Shown here one piece after another: positions 38,518 to 48,699 of a DNA stretch of 64,000 nt; the first letter of the stretch is position 1; each line of letters opens with the position of its first letter. A model generated the notes under the pieces. It was not told where the DNA came from, made no database searches, and saw only the letters and a list, made by a program, of their open reading frames with translations. A program made the translations under genes and the position numbers. Source of the stretch: Candidatus Woesebacteria bacterium (lineage in GTDB: Bacteria > Patescibacteriota > Microgenomatia > UBA10105 > UBA927); the NCBI GenBank assembly GCA_018062625.1, contig JAGORV010000003.1, positions 12,007 through 76,006 on the forward strand, read 5' to 3'.

Positions 38518-38654
38518 AATAGAGGAATTATATACTCTTCTGACAAGGTTTTGAAGCCTAGTCACACTACTACAAATGTTTGCTATCAAACAATACGCTC
38601 CCCCCCTAATTGACCCGACCAAAAAGATACGCCATACTAGAATAGTATTGACGT

Positions 38655-39407
38655 ATGAAATTATCTTTTGGAAAAATTATCTTCATTCTGCTAATTGTTT
38701 CTGTACCCATGTTTGTATGGGGTACCATGACACAAAATCTCGAGACGCGGCAATTTGCGCAGGGAACTGATGTAACTCCTACCCTCACACCAGCAGCTAC
38801 CCCAACAGTTACACCATCGGCTACCCCTACTCCGACAAATGTTCCTGATGCGCCTCCTACCTGCAGCGGTTTATCTACCATTCCAGCAAGCGGCACCAAA
38901 CCCCTAAATGTTTCGTTTGCTTGTGCTGGAAATGACACTGACAACGATATTACTGCAGCTGAATTTGACTTCGGTGAAGGAAATAAATTACTCGTCGAAA
39001 AAGGCATCGGACAATTTGGATCAATCACTGCAACACACACTTACACAACGGCGGGTACGTACACAGTAACGTGTAGAGTGCGAGATAATATTCAAAAATT
39101 TTCTACCATACCTGAAAACTGTAAGAAGGTTGTGTCCGTTCGCGCTGCTGCCACTATATCTACCCCAACCCCAACAAAAACCGCAACACCAAGCAGTGAT
39201 ATCGCCATTTACACAGGTGGATTAACAACACCAATCCCCACAAGCGTTCCTGCTACCCCAACATCTACGCCGTCACCCAAACCAATGCCCGTTTCATACA
39301 GCTCTGACTATGCTAAATTTTGGCAACTAGGTCAGGTTATTACCGTAAGTATCATAACAATCGCCATTGGACTATTATTGCGTCGTATGGTCGGAGGATC
39401 TGACTAG
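38655..39407 (+). CDS. Secreted PKD-domain protein with Thr/Pro linkers and C-terminal TM anchor
   Basis: Signal peptide; PKD-like core (PLNVSFACAG..D.D..I....FDFGEG......TH.YTTAGTYTVT..V.D); TP-rich linkers. Confidence 0.7.
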   Translation: MKLSFGKIIFILLIVSVPMFVWGTMTQNLETRQFAQGTDVTPTLTPAATPTVTPSATPTPTNVPDAPPTCSGLSTIPASGTKPLNVSFACAGNDTDNDITAAEFDFGEGNKLLVEKGIGQFGSITATHTYTTAGTYTVTCRVRDNIQKFSTIPENCKKVVSVRAAATISTPTPTKTATPSSDIAIYTGGLTTPIPTSVPATPTSTPSPKPMPVSYSSDYAKFWQLGQVITVSIITIAIGLLLRRMVGGSD

Positions 39408-39411
39408 ACCC

Positions 39412-40260
39412 ATGAATTGGCTCGTGTATGCTATCGGGGCAATCTTCTTTTTTGCCACCCAAGACATACTGATGCGAGTACTCGCTATCAAATCTGATCA
39501 TTCACGCATTTTTTCTTTTGTATTTAATCTATGGGGAGCATTTTTTGCGCTCATCGCATTTATCATACAAGGTGGATCGTTTGCCGAGCTTTTTCTAGTA
39601 CCCCCAAGTACAATCTGGTTCATTGCTACAGCAATACTACTTTACGGACTGTATGAGCGCGTGCAATTTATTGCACGCAAAGGAATTGACGCATCATCTC
39701 TCACCGTCATTTATCAACTCAGTCCTGTTATAGGATTTCTCGGTGCAATTCTATTTTTGAATGAACAACCTACAATTCTCAAGATTATCGGAGCCACACT
39801 CACTATCGGATCTTCATTACTTTTGGTATATAAAAATCCTAAACTTCGATTAAATCGACCAGTTATCTATGCGTTTATTTGCGCGATTCTTTTGGGGCTC
39901 GCGTCTGTAGTAGACAAACCAGCTTCTGCAGAACTTCCCAGTACATTATACTCATTTCTCATTTGGATATTACCGTTGGGTGTGATTGCATTTCCTCACA
40001 TAGAGAAAAAACAATTTCTCAAAGAGTTGCATATCGGTGGTTGGAAAGTAGCATTTACCGCACTGTTAAATGTCGTTGGATTTATGTGTTTTATACAAGC
40101 GCTTACACTCACTGATGCAACTCGAGTAATACCAATTATCTACACAAGTAGTATATTTACCGTACTTGGTGGAATATTTTTACTCGGTGAACGAGATCAT
40201 ATAGCCAGAAAAATTATTGCAGCAGTTGTAGCACTACTTGGCATTGCTTTACTTACCTAA
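39412..40260 (+). CDS. EamA/DMT-family transporter
   Basis: About 10 TM segments and an EamA-like duplicated pattern; ATG 39412 lies 4 nt after the PKD gene stop. Confidence 0.75.
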   Translation: MNWLVYAIGAIFFFATQDILMRVLAIKSDHSRIFSFVFNLWGAFFALIAFIIQGGSFAELFLVPPSTIWFIATAILLYGLYERVQFIARKGIDASSLTVIYQLSPVIGFLGAILFLNEQPTILKIIGATLTIGSSLLLVYKNPKLRLNRPVIYAFICAILLGLASVVDKPASAELPSTLYSFLIWILPLGVIAFPHIEKKQFLKELHIGGWKVAFTALLNVVGFMCFIQALTLTDATRVIPIIYTSSIFTVLGGIFLLGERDHIARKIIAAVVALLGIALLT

Positions 40261-40264
40261 ACGT

Positions 40265-40606
40265 ATGCAAATTATAAAACAGAAAAAAACAAACATTGTC
40301 GATGCGGCAAAAAACGTAACGATTTACGAATACCTCATGCATGAATCAGCGATCAGTGGCTCAACCGCTACAATAGATGGCCGGTATCCAGAAAAAGGGA
40401 GTGCTACAAACACCATCTCTAAAGAGATGGCGCTTGTTCTCGATGGAGAAGGAATTATCGGAATGAATGATATAGAAACCCCTATAGAAATCGGTGATTG
40501 TATATTTATAGATGCAAACGAAAAATTTTATTGGCGCGGAACCATGACACTTTTTATCGTTTGTGCGCCGGCATTTAAATCGGAACAACACATAATATCA
40601 TTATGA
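40265..40606 (+). CDS. Cupin-fold protein
   Basis: Small beta-rich protein; the G..H.H-less cupin-like segment (GDCIFIDANEKFYW) makes this assignment weak. Confidence 0.4.
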   Translation: MQIIKQKKTNIVDAAKNVTIYEYLMHESAISGSTATIDGRYPEKGSATNTISKEMALVLDGEGIIGMNDIETPIEIGDCIFIDANEKFYWRGTMTLFIVCAPAFKSEQHIISL

Positions 40607-41460
40607 ATGCAATTTTTTATGGACTTATCTCCTATGTAGGCTGGGGAACTGGCGATATATTTGGTACATTTGCCACAAGAAAAGTAGGACCATACGTCAC
40701 AACGTTTTGGGCATTTGCATTTGGTGCCATATTAGGAAGTTTTTATATCCCATTTGCCTTACCCCAACTACAAGCAATAACTCCAACACTGCTCTTGGCG
40801 AATATAGCGCTGGGCCTACTTTATGTTGGAGGCAATCTTACATTTAACGAAGCGCTTCGCCTATCAAGTGCGCCTATTGTGGGCACAATAGGTGGCTCAT
40901 TTTCTGCGCTCACCGTACTACTCTCATTTCTTTTTCTTGGAGAAAATATTTCCTCACTCCATACACTTTTAATATTTATTGTCTTTGCAGGAGTATACAT
41001 CACGACAACTGGGCATGGTTTAAAGAGCGATATAAATACTAAGCGAGGGATAACACTTGCATTACTAAGTTTTCTTGTATGGGGCACATACTTTACATTC
41101 TTAAAAATACTTATGGCATCTATGGGATGGTTTTGGCCCAACTATATACCATTACTTTTATTCCCACTGATTGGTATATATATGAAATATAAAAAAATAC
41201 CTTTCACATTACCAAGACCAAATATCATGCTTCCATTGTTTTTTAATGCTTTGCTTTTACGGGGTGGGGATTTTGCTTTCAACATAGGTGCAAGTCTTGG
41301 GCTCACAGCGACGGTCGCTCCATTTGGAGGATCATATCCAACATTATTTGCAGTGTTGTCTTACATCGTATTCCGCGATCCCTTAAACCGTAAACAAATT
41401 ATCGGAATACTAATTGCACTCGCAGGTCTTGTTGCGCTAGGATTTACTGGCACTGTATGA
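40603..41460 (+). CDS. EamA/DMT-family transporter
   Basis: 10 TM segments; 4-nt overlaps with both neighbours. Confidence 0.75.
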   Translation: MNAIFYGLISYVGWGTGDIFGTFATRKVGPYVTTFWAFAFGAILGSFYIPFALPQLQAITPTLLLANIALGLLYVGGNLTFNEALRLSSAPIVGTIGGSFSALTVLLSFLFLGENISSLHTLLIFIVFAGVYITTTGHGLKSDINTKRGITLALLSFLVWGTYFTFLKILMASMGWFWPNYIPLLLFPLIGIYMKYKKIPFTLPRPNIMLPLFFNALLLRGGDFAFNIGASLGLTATVAPFGGSYPTLFAVLSYIVFRDPLNRKQIIGILIALAGLVALGFTGTV

Positions 41461-41783
41461 ACACCATGATTCTCGTCTATATATCGTGTGAAAATAATGC
41501 GCAGGCCGAAAAAATAGGAACAATCCTCCTAAAAGAACGGCTCGCGGCTTGTGTGCAGATCACTCAACCTGTCACCTCTATGTTTTTATGGCCACCCAAA
41601 GAACATACAGTGACGAACGTCGAAGAAACACTACTCGTTGTCAAAACGCTTGAGACTAAATGGGAACAACTCGACGAATTAGTACGAAAAAATCACACCT
41701 ACGATACACCAGAAATTGTTGCTATCCCAACAACTCATGTGAGCAAAAAATATCTTGAATGGCTTACGGAAGAACTTACATAG
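41457..41783 (+). CDS. cutA: Divalent-cation tolerance protein CutA
   Basis: LAACVQI, ...YDTPEIVAIP motifs typical of CutA1. Confidence 0.8.
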   Translation: MNTMILVYISCENNAQAEKIGTILLKERLAACVQITQPVTSMFLWPPKEHTVTNVEETLLVVKTLETKWEQLDELVRKNHTYDTPEIVAIPTTHVSKKYLEWLTEELT

Positions 41784-41804
41784 CGCATCTATATTCCAAC
41801 GAAC

Positions 41805-43187
41805 ATGAAAAATCGACTTACTGATATTCTCTCTTACGGATGGATAATGCTCTATACAATCGCCGCATGCCTTGTGTCACTGCATCGATTTTGGCAATTT
41901 GAAGTATTTTATTATGACTTCGGCATTTTTGATCAGGCTATTTGGAATGTTGCGCATTTTCGCGCACCAATTATCGATCACTTCGTCATAGGAGGCAAAA
42001 TTATATTTGCCGATCACTTCAGTCCCAGCATGTTTTTACTATCCCCGCTTTATTGGATCACCAATAAACCGGAAGTACTACTGATAGCCCAAGCACTTGC
42101 GGTAGGAGCAAGTGCATTGGTACTGTATCGCCTCGCCAAACACACCCTGCATCATGCTGTAGCTGCTTTTGCCATCACTATGGCTTACTTATTATTTGTC
42201 GGCACGCAAAATGCGCTTATTGCTGACATTCATGAAGTCACATTTATGGCATTACCACTTATGCTGGCACTGTATGCCATCATTACAAAACAATTAACAT
42301 TATTTTGGATAAGTTTTTTTGTCACCCTTGGTTTTAAAGAGAGCTCTGCTCTGCTAGGTATTGCCCTCTCCGTATATATGTATCTTTACAATAAAAAGTG
42401 GCTACATACAGCGATCGTCGTGGGAGCAATTTCTCTCATATGGGGATACCTTACTACACAACTAATCATTCCTTATTTTTATGGTGAAAGATATTTCTAC
42501 ACTCCCACGTTTGACCCTAATCCATTCAAAACTCTTTGGACACTTGTAGACGATCCCATAAAACGAAAAACGATAATTACAAGCCTCCTAAGTTTCGGGT
42601 TCTTGCCACTATTTTCACCGTTCACATGGCCATTGTTGCTCCAAGACTTTGCCAGTAGATTTATGCAAAATAATTTTGCACTCAGATGGGGACTCGGACT
42701 CCACTACAGCATATTACTTGCTGTTATCATGGCATTTAGCAGCATCAACACGCTTGTTCAAGTAAAAAAACGAACGAATCCTATGACATTAGATGTAATA
42801 GCTGTTGCGCTAATTCTCATAACCGTATTTCTCCACCAGTTCAAACTTCATGGACCGCTCGGGCTTGCTTACAATCCGGCATTCTACGCCAACACTCGTA
42901 ATTTCTCATTTCTAAATGATCTAATCAGTAGAGTTCCCCCAAACACCACGGTTATGACACAAAACAACATAGCACCACACATGATTCATACCCATAAAGT
43001 GTTTTTGCTACGAGATATATATGAAGATTTTATGCCAGATTATTTTGTACTAGATTTGCGAGACGGACAAAACGGAAACAATTTTTTTGGAGTAAAAATT
43101 GACGCACTTATGGCGCGACTTTCAAATGACGCTCGCTACCATGTAGCGTACAAAACTAATGAACAGGTGATTTACAAAAGGAACTAA
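41805..43187 (+). CDS. DUF2079 polytopic membrane protein (putative glycosyltransferase-like)
   Basis: YDFGIFDQAIWN and ADHFSPSMFLLSPLYW motifs typical of DUF2079. Confidence 0.7.
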   Translation: MKNRLTDILSYGWIMLYTIAACLVSLHRFWQFEVFYYDFGIFDQAIWNVAHFRAPIIDHFVIGGKIIFADHFSPSMFLLSPLYWITNKPEVLLIAQALAVGASALVLYRLAKHTLHHAVAAFAITMAYLLFVGTQNALIADIHEVTFMALPLMLALYAIITKQLTLFWISFFVTLGFKESSALLGIALSVYMYLYNKKWLHTAIVVGAISLIWGYLTTQLIIPYFYGERYFYTPTFDPNPFKTLWTLVDDPIKRKTIITSLLSFGFLPLFSPFTWPLLLQDFASRFMQNNFALRWGLGLHYSILLAVIMAFSSINTLVQVKKRTNPMTLDVIAVALILITVFLHQFKLHGPLGLAYNPAFYANTRNFSFLNDLISRVPPNTTVMTQNNIAPHMIHTHKVFLLRDIYEDFMPDYFVLDLRDGQNGNNFFGVKIDALMARLSNDARYHVAYKTNEQVIYKRN

Positions 43188-43192
43188 AGAAA

Positions 43193-43576
43193 TTATCCTT
43201 TTTTGGGAAGATTTTTAAACTTCTTTCGAAGACTTGCTGTTGTTTCAACGCCTTTTTGCTGAAGTTCTTCCATCCGTTCGAGTGCTGAGCCAATTTTCGC
43301 AACCGCAGTATCCGTCATTTCTTCTTTTTTCTCCTCAAGAGTGTCCATGACCTGCTCTTTGAGCGCTTCCCCTTGTCGAACATACTCTTTTCCTTTTTGC
43401 TGCAACTCATCAAGTCTATCTTCAAGCTCCTCTAATATGTCTTTTCCTTTCGCTTGAAATAGCTTCTCGGCTTTTTTACCTTCTTTGGTTCCCAGAAAAA
43501 ATATAATCAACGCTCCAATTAAACCTCCGAGGAAAAACCCAAACATAAATTTGCCGTCATTACGTTCATCACTCAT
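43193..43576 (-). CDS. YtxH-like protein
   Basis: N-terminal GFFLGGLIGALIIFFLGTKEGKK followed by a coiled coil. Confidence 0.65.
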   Translation of the reverse strand: MSDERNDGKFMFGFFLGGLIGALIIFFLGTKEGKKAEKLFQAKGKDILEELEDRLDELQQKGKEYVRQGEALKEQVMDTLEEKKEEMTDTAVAKIGSALERMEELQQKGVETTASLRKKFKNLPKKG

Positions 43577-43832
43577 GGGTTACCTCCTCTTTCTTTCTAA
43601 AGGTTTGAAATACAGATAGCGCTGCCTTTATACCACTGGCCAAACCTGCCATACCTGCAACAGATTCACCGATAGTGGAGGTGACTTTTTTAGCATCGTC
43701 AAGCATGCCATTTGTCTTTGTCAGGGATGTTCGAATCTCTTTGAGGATTAACCATACCTGTACTCCGAGAACAACCAAGAGCATGGTTAATATAAAACTG
43801 ATCGAAATAATTGTGAGCTGTACTGGATCCAT
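43569..43832 (-). CDS. DUF948-like small membrane protein
   Basis: One TM followed by a helical region; commonly paired with YtxH; 8-nt overlap. Confidence 0.5.
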   Translation of the reverse strand: MDPVQLTIISISFILTMLLVVLGVQVWLILKEIRTSLTKTNGMLDDAKKVTSTIGESVAGMAGLASGIKAALSVFQTFRKKEEVTHE

Positions 43833-43919
43833 GGGCAGGTAATTAAAGCTTAATAAGTATTGCGCACTTGAAGCGACATGTCAAATATATCAAAGCGTAC
43901 AAATAATTTTGTACCTCTT

Positions 43920-44573
43920 TCACTGCTGAAAGCCAACTTCACGTGTTATCATCGTGGTTTTTCCAAATTTACTTGTAGCGATAATTGCCAGTTTATTAAC
44001 CCCTAATACCACAGGCACAAGCTCATAGAACCTACCATCATCTCGAATGATAGTTGACACCCCATTTATCGTAACGGTTGCATCGGGATCCGTTCGACCT
44101 TCTACTACAACACGTTCCTGTGTGACGATGGATTGATCCACAGGTGATTCAAGGAGCAACATGGGAGTTCGACTTATATTGCGGTACTGGCTACCAAAAT
44201 AGAACAAGAACACGATAAATAATCCTGTAATGAGCAATCCAATAAATCGTCCAGGAGTAAGCTGAAGAAACGATGCGTTCAAAGGTTCAGATACCCCTTT
44301 TGGTAGTAAGCTCGACCGCGAAGCTTCCTGTGTTTGTCGGCGAAAAAATGCCATAACCAATTCGGATGGGATACCTAAATACTCTGCGTAATTTCGAATA
44401 AATCCTTTTGCGTAAGACAAAGAGGGGAGTCTTCCGAAATCATCAGCTTCTATCCCGAGCAGAAATTTCTCGCGAATTTTAGTCGCCTGCTCAACGTGTT
44501 GTAACGTGAGACCTTTGGCGAGCCTTGCTTCCTTTAACATGACACCAACGGTTTTCATAGCATATTTGAACAA
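43920..44573 (-). CDS. RodZ-like HTH membrane protein
   Basis: HTH (LKEARLAKGLTLQHVEQATKIREKFLLGIE), FIRNYAEYLG, a TM and a C-terminal beta domain. Confidence 0.7.
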   Translation of the reverse strand: MFKYAMKTVGVMLKEARLAKGLTLQHVEQATKIREKFLLGIEADDFGRLPSLSYAKGFIRNYAEYLGIPSELVMAFFRRQTQEASRSSLLPKGVSEPLNASFLQLTPGRFIGLLITGLFIVFLFYFGSQYRNISRTPMLLLESPVDQSIVTQERVVVEGRTDPDATVTINGVSTIIRDDGRFYELVPVVLGVNKLAIIATSKFGKTTMITREVGFQQ

Positions 44574-44585
44574 TAGGGAGATTTA

Positions 44586-46754
44586 CTACTCTTGTGTAGG
44601 TTGTTGTTGAGCAGCTAGATAATCATCTGGATTTTTCACTAATACATCACGAGGTTTTGATCCCTCACCTGCCCCGATTACTCCAGCAAGCTCTAACTGA
44701 TCAAGAATACGAGCAGCCCGTGCGTATCCTACCGATAAACGCCTCTGCAGTAGCGAAGCGGAGGCTTTGTCATACTGACATACAAGTCGTAACGCATCTT
44801 CAAACAACGCATCGTGACCATCTCCACTTGTATTTCCCCCACCTTTTTTCATGGCACTACTTGGTTGACTGGTAACCTCCTCAGTGTACTGTACTGGCAT
44901 CGCTTTGTTTTTGAAAAATTCCACCACTTTCTGGACTTCTTTTTCCGATACAAAAGTTCCTTGAATACGCATTGGTTTTGCTTGATCTGGAGGCACATAA
45001 AGCATGTCTCCTCGTCCAAGAAGCCTTTCTGCTCCTGGGGTATCGATAACAACACGAGAATCCATCATAGAGGACACGCTAAACGCTATACGTGCCGGAA
45101 CGTTTGCTTTAATCAATCCTGTTACAACATCGACACTCGGTCGTTGCGTCGCTAACACTAAATGAATACCGGTAGCACGAGCCATCTGTGCTATTCGACA
45201 TATAGTGTCTTCCACCTCTACAGGGGCATACGCCATCAGGTCTGCAAGCTCATCGATAAATATCACGATATAGGGCAGTGCTTGAAACCCTGAAAGCTCA
45301 TTGAAACTATCTAAATTGCGCACTCCTACTTCGGCAAATTGTTTATATCTTCGTTCCATCTCCTGCATCGCCCATCGAAGCGAAGATAAAATCTTATCTG
45401 TCTCTACGATAACAGGAGTAAGCAAATGAGGAATACCATTATAACCAGTCATTTCTACACGTTTCGGATCTATAAGGATAAGTCGCACCTCGGCTGGCGT
45501 TGTACGGAACAATAAACTACAAATCCACGCGTTGAGCAATACGGATTTTCCTGATCCAGTCGTTCCTGCGATCAATACGTGTGGCATTTTCGCAATATCT
45601 CCGACGAGTGGATTTCCAGATACGTCTAATCCCAATGCTACCGCAAGCTTACTCTTTGCTTTTACAAATGCATCAGATAAAAGCATTTTCTTTAACGTGA
45701 CAAACTCCAGACCTCGATTAGGAATTTCTAATCCCACCAAATCACGACCAGGAATCGGTGCTTCTATGCGGACTTGTCCGGTGGGCGCGGCAAGAGCGAG
45801 CGCAAGATCATTTGTAAGTGAAGTAATCTTAGAAACCTTTGTGCCTAATGCAATACGCATCGAGTATTGTGTGACTGCGGGCCCAGGATTTACCTCTACA
45901 ACTTTTGCTTGAATACCAAAACTTTCCAATGTTTTTTCGATGACATTTACATTTTCTTTCATGTTCCCGCGATCTGCTTTATCTCCGGGTCCATCAGACA
46001 ACAAAGATAACGTTGGAAATTCCCATAATTTCATCTCTTGAGACAATGCGAGAGGTTGATTAATCTTGAGATCTCCACTCAGTTTTGCTTTGCCATCTGC
46101 CTCCGTTTTGGAAGGTACGGGCGGAGGAGTCATGGGTGCTTTTATCACAGGTTTACTATCATCATCCATAGAACGAATCTTTAATTTTTCTGATGATGTA
46201 GGAAATATTTTCAAGTCATCTCGCACATTTCCTTTTTTCCCAACTGAGGTCACCCATTCCATAATCGTTTGCATGCCACCAAGAAGAAAATTCATAAAAT
46301 GATCTAAAGAAGTATTAAAAAGAACAATCACACCAATAAGCAACACCCCTAAAAATAGTAATATCGCTCCTTCTGGTGCAATAGCTACTGCCGTTGTTTT
46401 CCCCAACATTTCTCCCAAATCTCCAGATTGTGTTAACCCCAGCAAACCAATAATCAATATTCCCATTCCCATAGGAATATTCTGATTTCCCAAGTCCGAT
46501 TTCACTTTAAAAAATAACGTACTTAAGGATATTAAAAATATTGGCAGGGGATACATAACCCATCCGATATGTGAAGAAAGCGAGTCACGTAATACAGTCA
46601 ACATGTCCCCTTGACCAAAAAAGGATAGAAATATAAGTAGCGCAAACAACCATAACCAAATAGCAGCAACAGTAAAAACTGTTTGTTTTTTTAACTTCAC
46701 ACCAAACTTCGTGCGTTTATGATATTTGCGCTTTGATTTGGTCTTGAACTTCAT
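44586..46754 (-). CDS. ftsK: DNA translocase FtsK
   Basis: N-terminal TMs, Walker A GTTGSGKS, Walker B FIDELADL and a C-terminal gamma wHTH domain. Confidence 0.95.
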   Translation of the reverse strand: MKFKTKSKRKYHKRTKFGVKLKKQTVFTVAAIWLWLFALLIFLSFFGQGDMLTVLRDSLSSHIGWVMYPLPIFLISLSTLFFKVKSDLGNQNIPMGMGILIIGLLGLTQSGDLGEMLGKTTAVAIAPEGAILLFLGVLLIGVIVLFNTSLDHFMNFLLGGMQTIMEWVTSVGKKGNVRDDLKIFPTSSEKLKIRSMDDDSKPVIKAPMTPPPVPSKTEADGKAKLSGDLKINQPLALSQEMKLWEFPTLSLLSDGPGDKADRGNMKENVNVIEKTLESFGIQAKVVEVNPGPAVTQYSMRIALGTKVSKITSLTNDLALALAAPTGQVRIEAPIPGRDLVGLEIPNRGLEFVTLKKMLLSDAFVKAKSKLAVALGLDVSGNPLVGDIAKMPHVLIAGTTGSGKSVLLNAWICSLLFRTTPAEVRLILIDPKRVEMTGYNGIPHLLTPVIVETDKILSSLRWAMQEMERRYKQFAEVGVRNLDSFNELSGFQALPYIVIFIDELADLMAYAPVEVEDTICRIAQMARATGIHLVLATQRPSVDVVTGLIKANVPARIAFSVSSMMDSRVVIDTPGAERLLGRGDMLYVPPDQAKPMRIQGTFVSEKEVQKVVEFFKNKAMPVQYTEEVTSQPSSAMKKGGGNTSGDGHDALFEDALRLVCQYDKASASLLQRRLSVGYARAARILDQLELAGVIGAGEGSKPRDVLVKNPDDYLAAQQQPTQE

Positions 46755-46854
46755 AGTCTATCTAGTATAAAGAAATACATGCTTCAAATTCAATCGTAAA
46801 CTCCCCATTCCCCTCTCCCCTAACTATCCTATAGTATTATTCTGTAAAATGCAA

Positions 46855-48612
46855 CTATACTTCTAATATGACCGGTACAACCAGTGGATTTCGACCGGTT
46901 TTGGTATAGAAAAATGAAGCTAATGTCTCTTCAACTCGTTTTCGCATAAATTGCCAATCCATCACTCTCCCCTTTTTCATTCGAAGCGCCTTTATGGCTA
47001 CATCTCGAGCATTATCCAAAAGTCTTCCAGATTCCTTTGCGTGGACAAACCCACGTGTGATAATTTCTGGCCTACTAATTATGTCGCCAGAAGAAGCCTC
47101 CACGGAAACCACAATAACCACGATACCATCTGTAGCTATAGTCTGTCGGTCACGCAACACTGCAGTTCCCACATCTCCTACACCCAAACCATCGATCATA
47201 ATATTTTCGAGTGTTATATGATCTACTACTTTTGGTGAACGATCTTTTGCAAACTCTAACACTTCTCCATCTTCTGGAATAAGTACTTGACGCTTGTCAT
47301 ACCCCAAATCCTGCGCGAGTCTTCGATACTGCATAAGATGTTTATAGGTACCACCTATAGGCATGATATATCGAGGCCCTACAGCACTAAGGAGCATCAT
47401 CATATCTCCGCTACTTCCATGTCCAGATACGTGTAAATCCTCCATGATGTCACTATATGCGACACGACTACCATGTCGGTAAATATTATCGATAAGATTA
47501 TTGACATCGTGTTCCCGTCCTGGGATAGGATCAGCGGATATGATAACCGTGTCGTTATCACCAATTCGCACAAATTTATGATCATCGTTTGCTATACGAC
47601 CCATAGCTGAATCTGGCTGACCTTGTGCCCCCGCTGCGATAATAAATTGTTTATCTGGGGCAGCACGTTTCAGTTCACGGTCAGGAATTATCGCTTCTTG
47701 CGGAAATTTCATATATCCAAGCTTTAGTGCTTCTTCGACATTACGGTCAATACTTCGCCCAAGCAATGCAATCTTTCTCCCATACTTTAGCGCGATTTCA
47801 ATAGCAAGTTGTATGCGAGATATGTTACTCGATTGCGTAGTAAAGATAACCTTTCCTTTGCTAAATTTAAGCTCTTTCTCTATCGTCTCTCCTATGATTT
47901 GTTCTGATGGTGTAAATCCGGGACGTTCACTACCTAAACTATCAGTGAGTAAACATAGCACGCCTTTTTTGCCCGCAGCATTTATTTTTTCAATCTCTGA
48001 CACTTTTCCATCCAGAGGTGTCGGATCAAATTTAAAATCACTTCCGTGATAAAACATACCAATAGGTGTTTCTATCAAAAGATGTGACGTGTCTGGTATC
48101 GAGTGAGTTACTCGAATAAACGATATGCGAAATGGCCCAAGATTAAGCACTTCATCAAATCGCATAGCCTTTACTCGTTGTTGAATCTGCGTATCTTTAA
48201 GCTTCACGTTAGCAAATGCTGCGGCAAGAGTAGGAGCAAACATGGGAACATTGCCAAGCTTAGGATACAAATATGGCATACCCGCTATATGATCATCATG
48301 CCCATGAGTGAACACGAGTCCGCGAATTTTATCTTTTTTATCCATAAGATACCGCACATCTGGGATGATCAAATCTATCCCAAACATCTCAGCATCAGGA
48401 AATCCGATACCACAATCAACAATAAGAATATCGCTTATTTTTCCATCGTATCGATACTCGTATATATACATGTTTTTGGTAACGTTTCCGCTCCCACCAA
48501 GCGGAATGATGCGAATCGTGGCTTTGCCACTATCAATAGGACGCGCACTCCCCTCCATAACTTTATGCATAGGATGTCTAGGTTGTTGTTGTTTCAAAAA
48601 AAATGGTCTCAT
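46855..48612 (-). CDS. rnj: Ribonuclease J
   Basis: Metallo-beta-lactamase THGHDDHIAG plus beta-CASP and C-terminal domains. The start is ambiguous (M1, M15 or M19). Confidence 0.92.
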   Translation of the reverse strand: MRPFFLKQQQPRHPMHKVMEGSARPIDSGKATIRIIPLGGSGNVTKNMYIYEYRYDGKISDILIVDCGIGFPDAEMFGIDLIIPDVRYLMDKKDKIRGLVFTHGHDDHIAGMPYLYPKLGNVPMFAPTLAAAFANVKLKDTQIQQRVKAMRFDEVLNLGPFRISFIRVTHSIPDTSHLLIETPIGMFYHGSDFKFDPTPLDGKVSEIEKINAAGKKGVLCLLTDSLGSERPGFTPSEQIIGETIEKELKFSKGKVIFTTQSSNISRIQLAIEIALKYGRKIALLGRSIDRNVEEALKLGYMKFPQEAIIPDRELKRAAPDKQFIIAAGAQGQPDSAMGRIANDDHKFVRIGDNDTVIISADPIPGREHDVNNLIDNIYRHGSRVAYSDIMEDLHVSGHGSSGDMMMLLSAVGPRYIMPIGGTYKHLMQYRRLAQDLGYDKRQVLIPEDGEVLEFAKDRSPKVVDHITLENIMIDGLGVGDVGTAVLRDRQTIATDGIVVIVVSVEASSGDIISRPEIITRGFVHAKESGRLLDNARDVAIKALRMKKGRVMDWQFMRKRVEETLASFFYTKTGRNPLVVPVILEV

Positions 48613-48699
48613 AAATTATTCTTTCTTTGCGGAAATTCGTGGGCTTACCCTATTATAGGGCTTTGGACAGAGGAAATCCTGCAAACATTCACTTTATTA

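Noticed and set aside
46803-46820. Three GGGG runs on the reverse strand (GGGGAGAGGGGAATGGGGAG) upstream of ftsK, a possible G-quadruplex
   Set aside because: There are only three G4 tracts and a fourth is lacking, so a canonical intramolecular quadruplex is not supported. It may simply be spacer sequence downstream of rnj.
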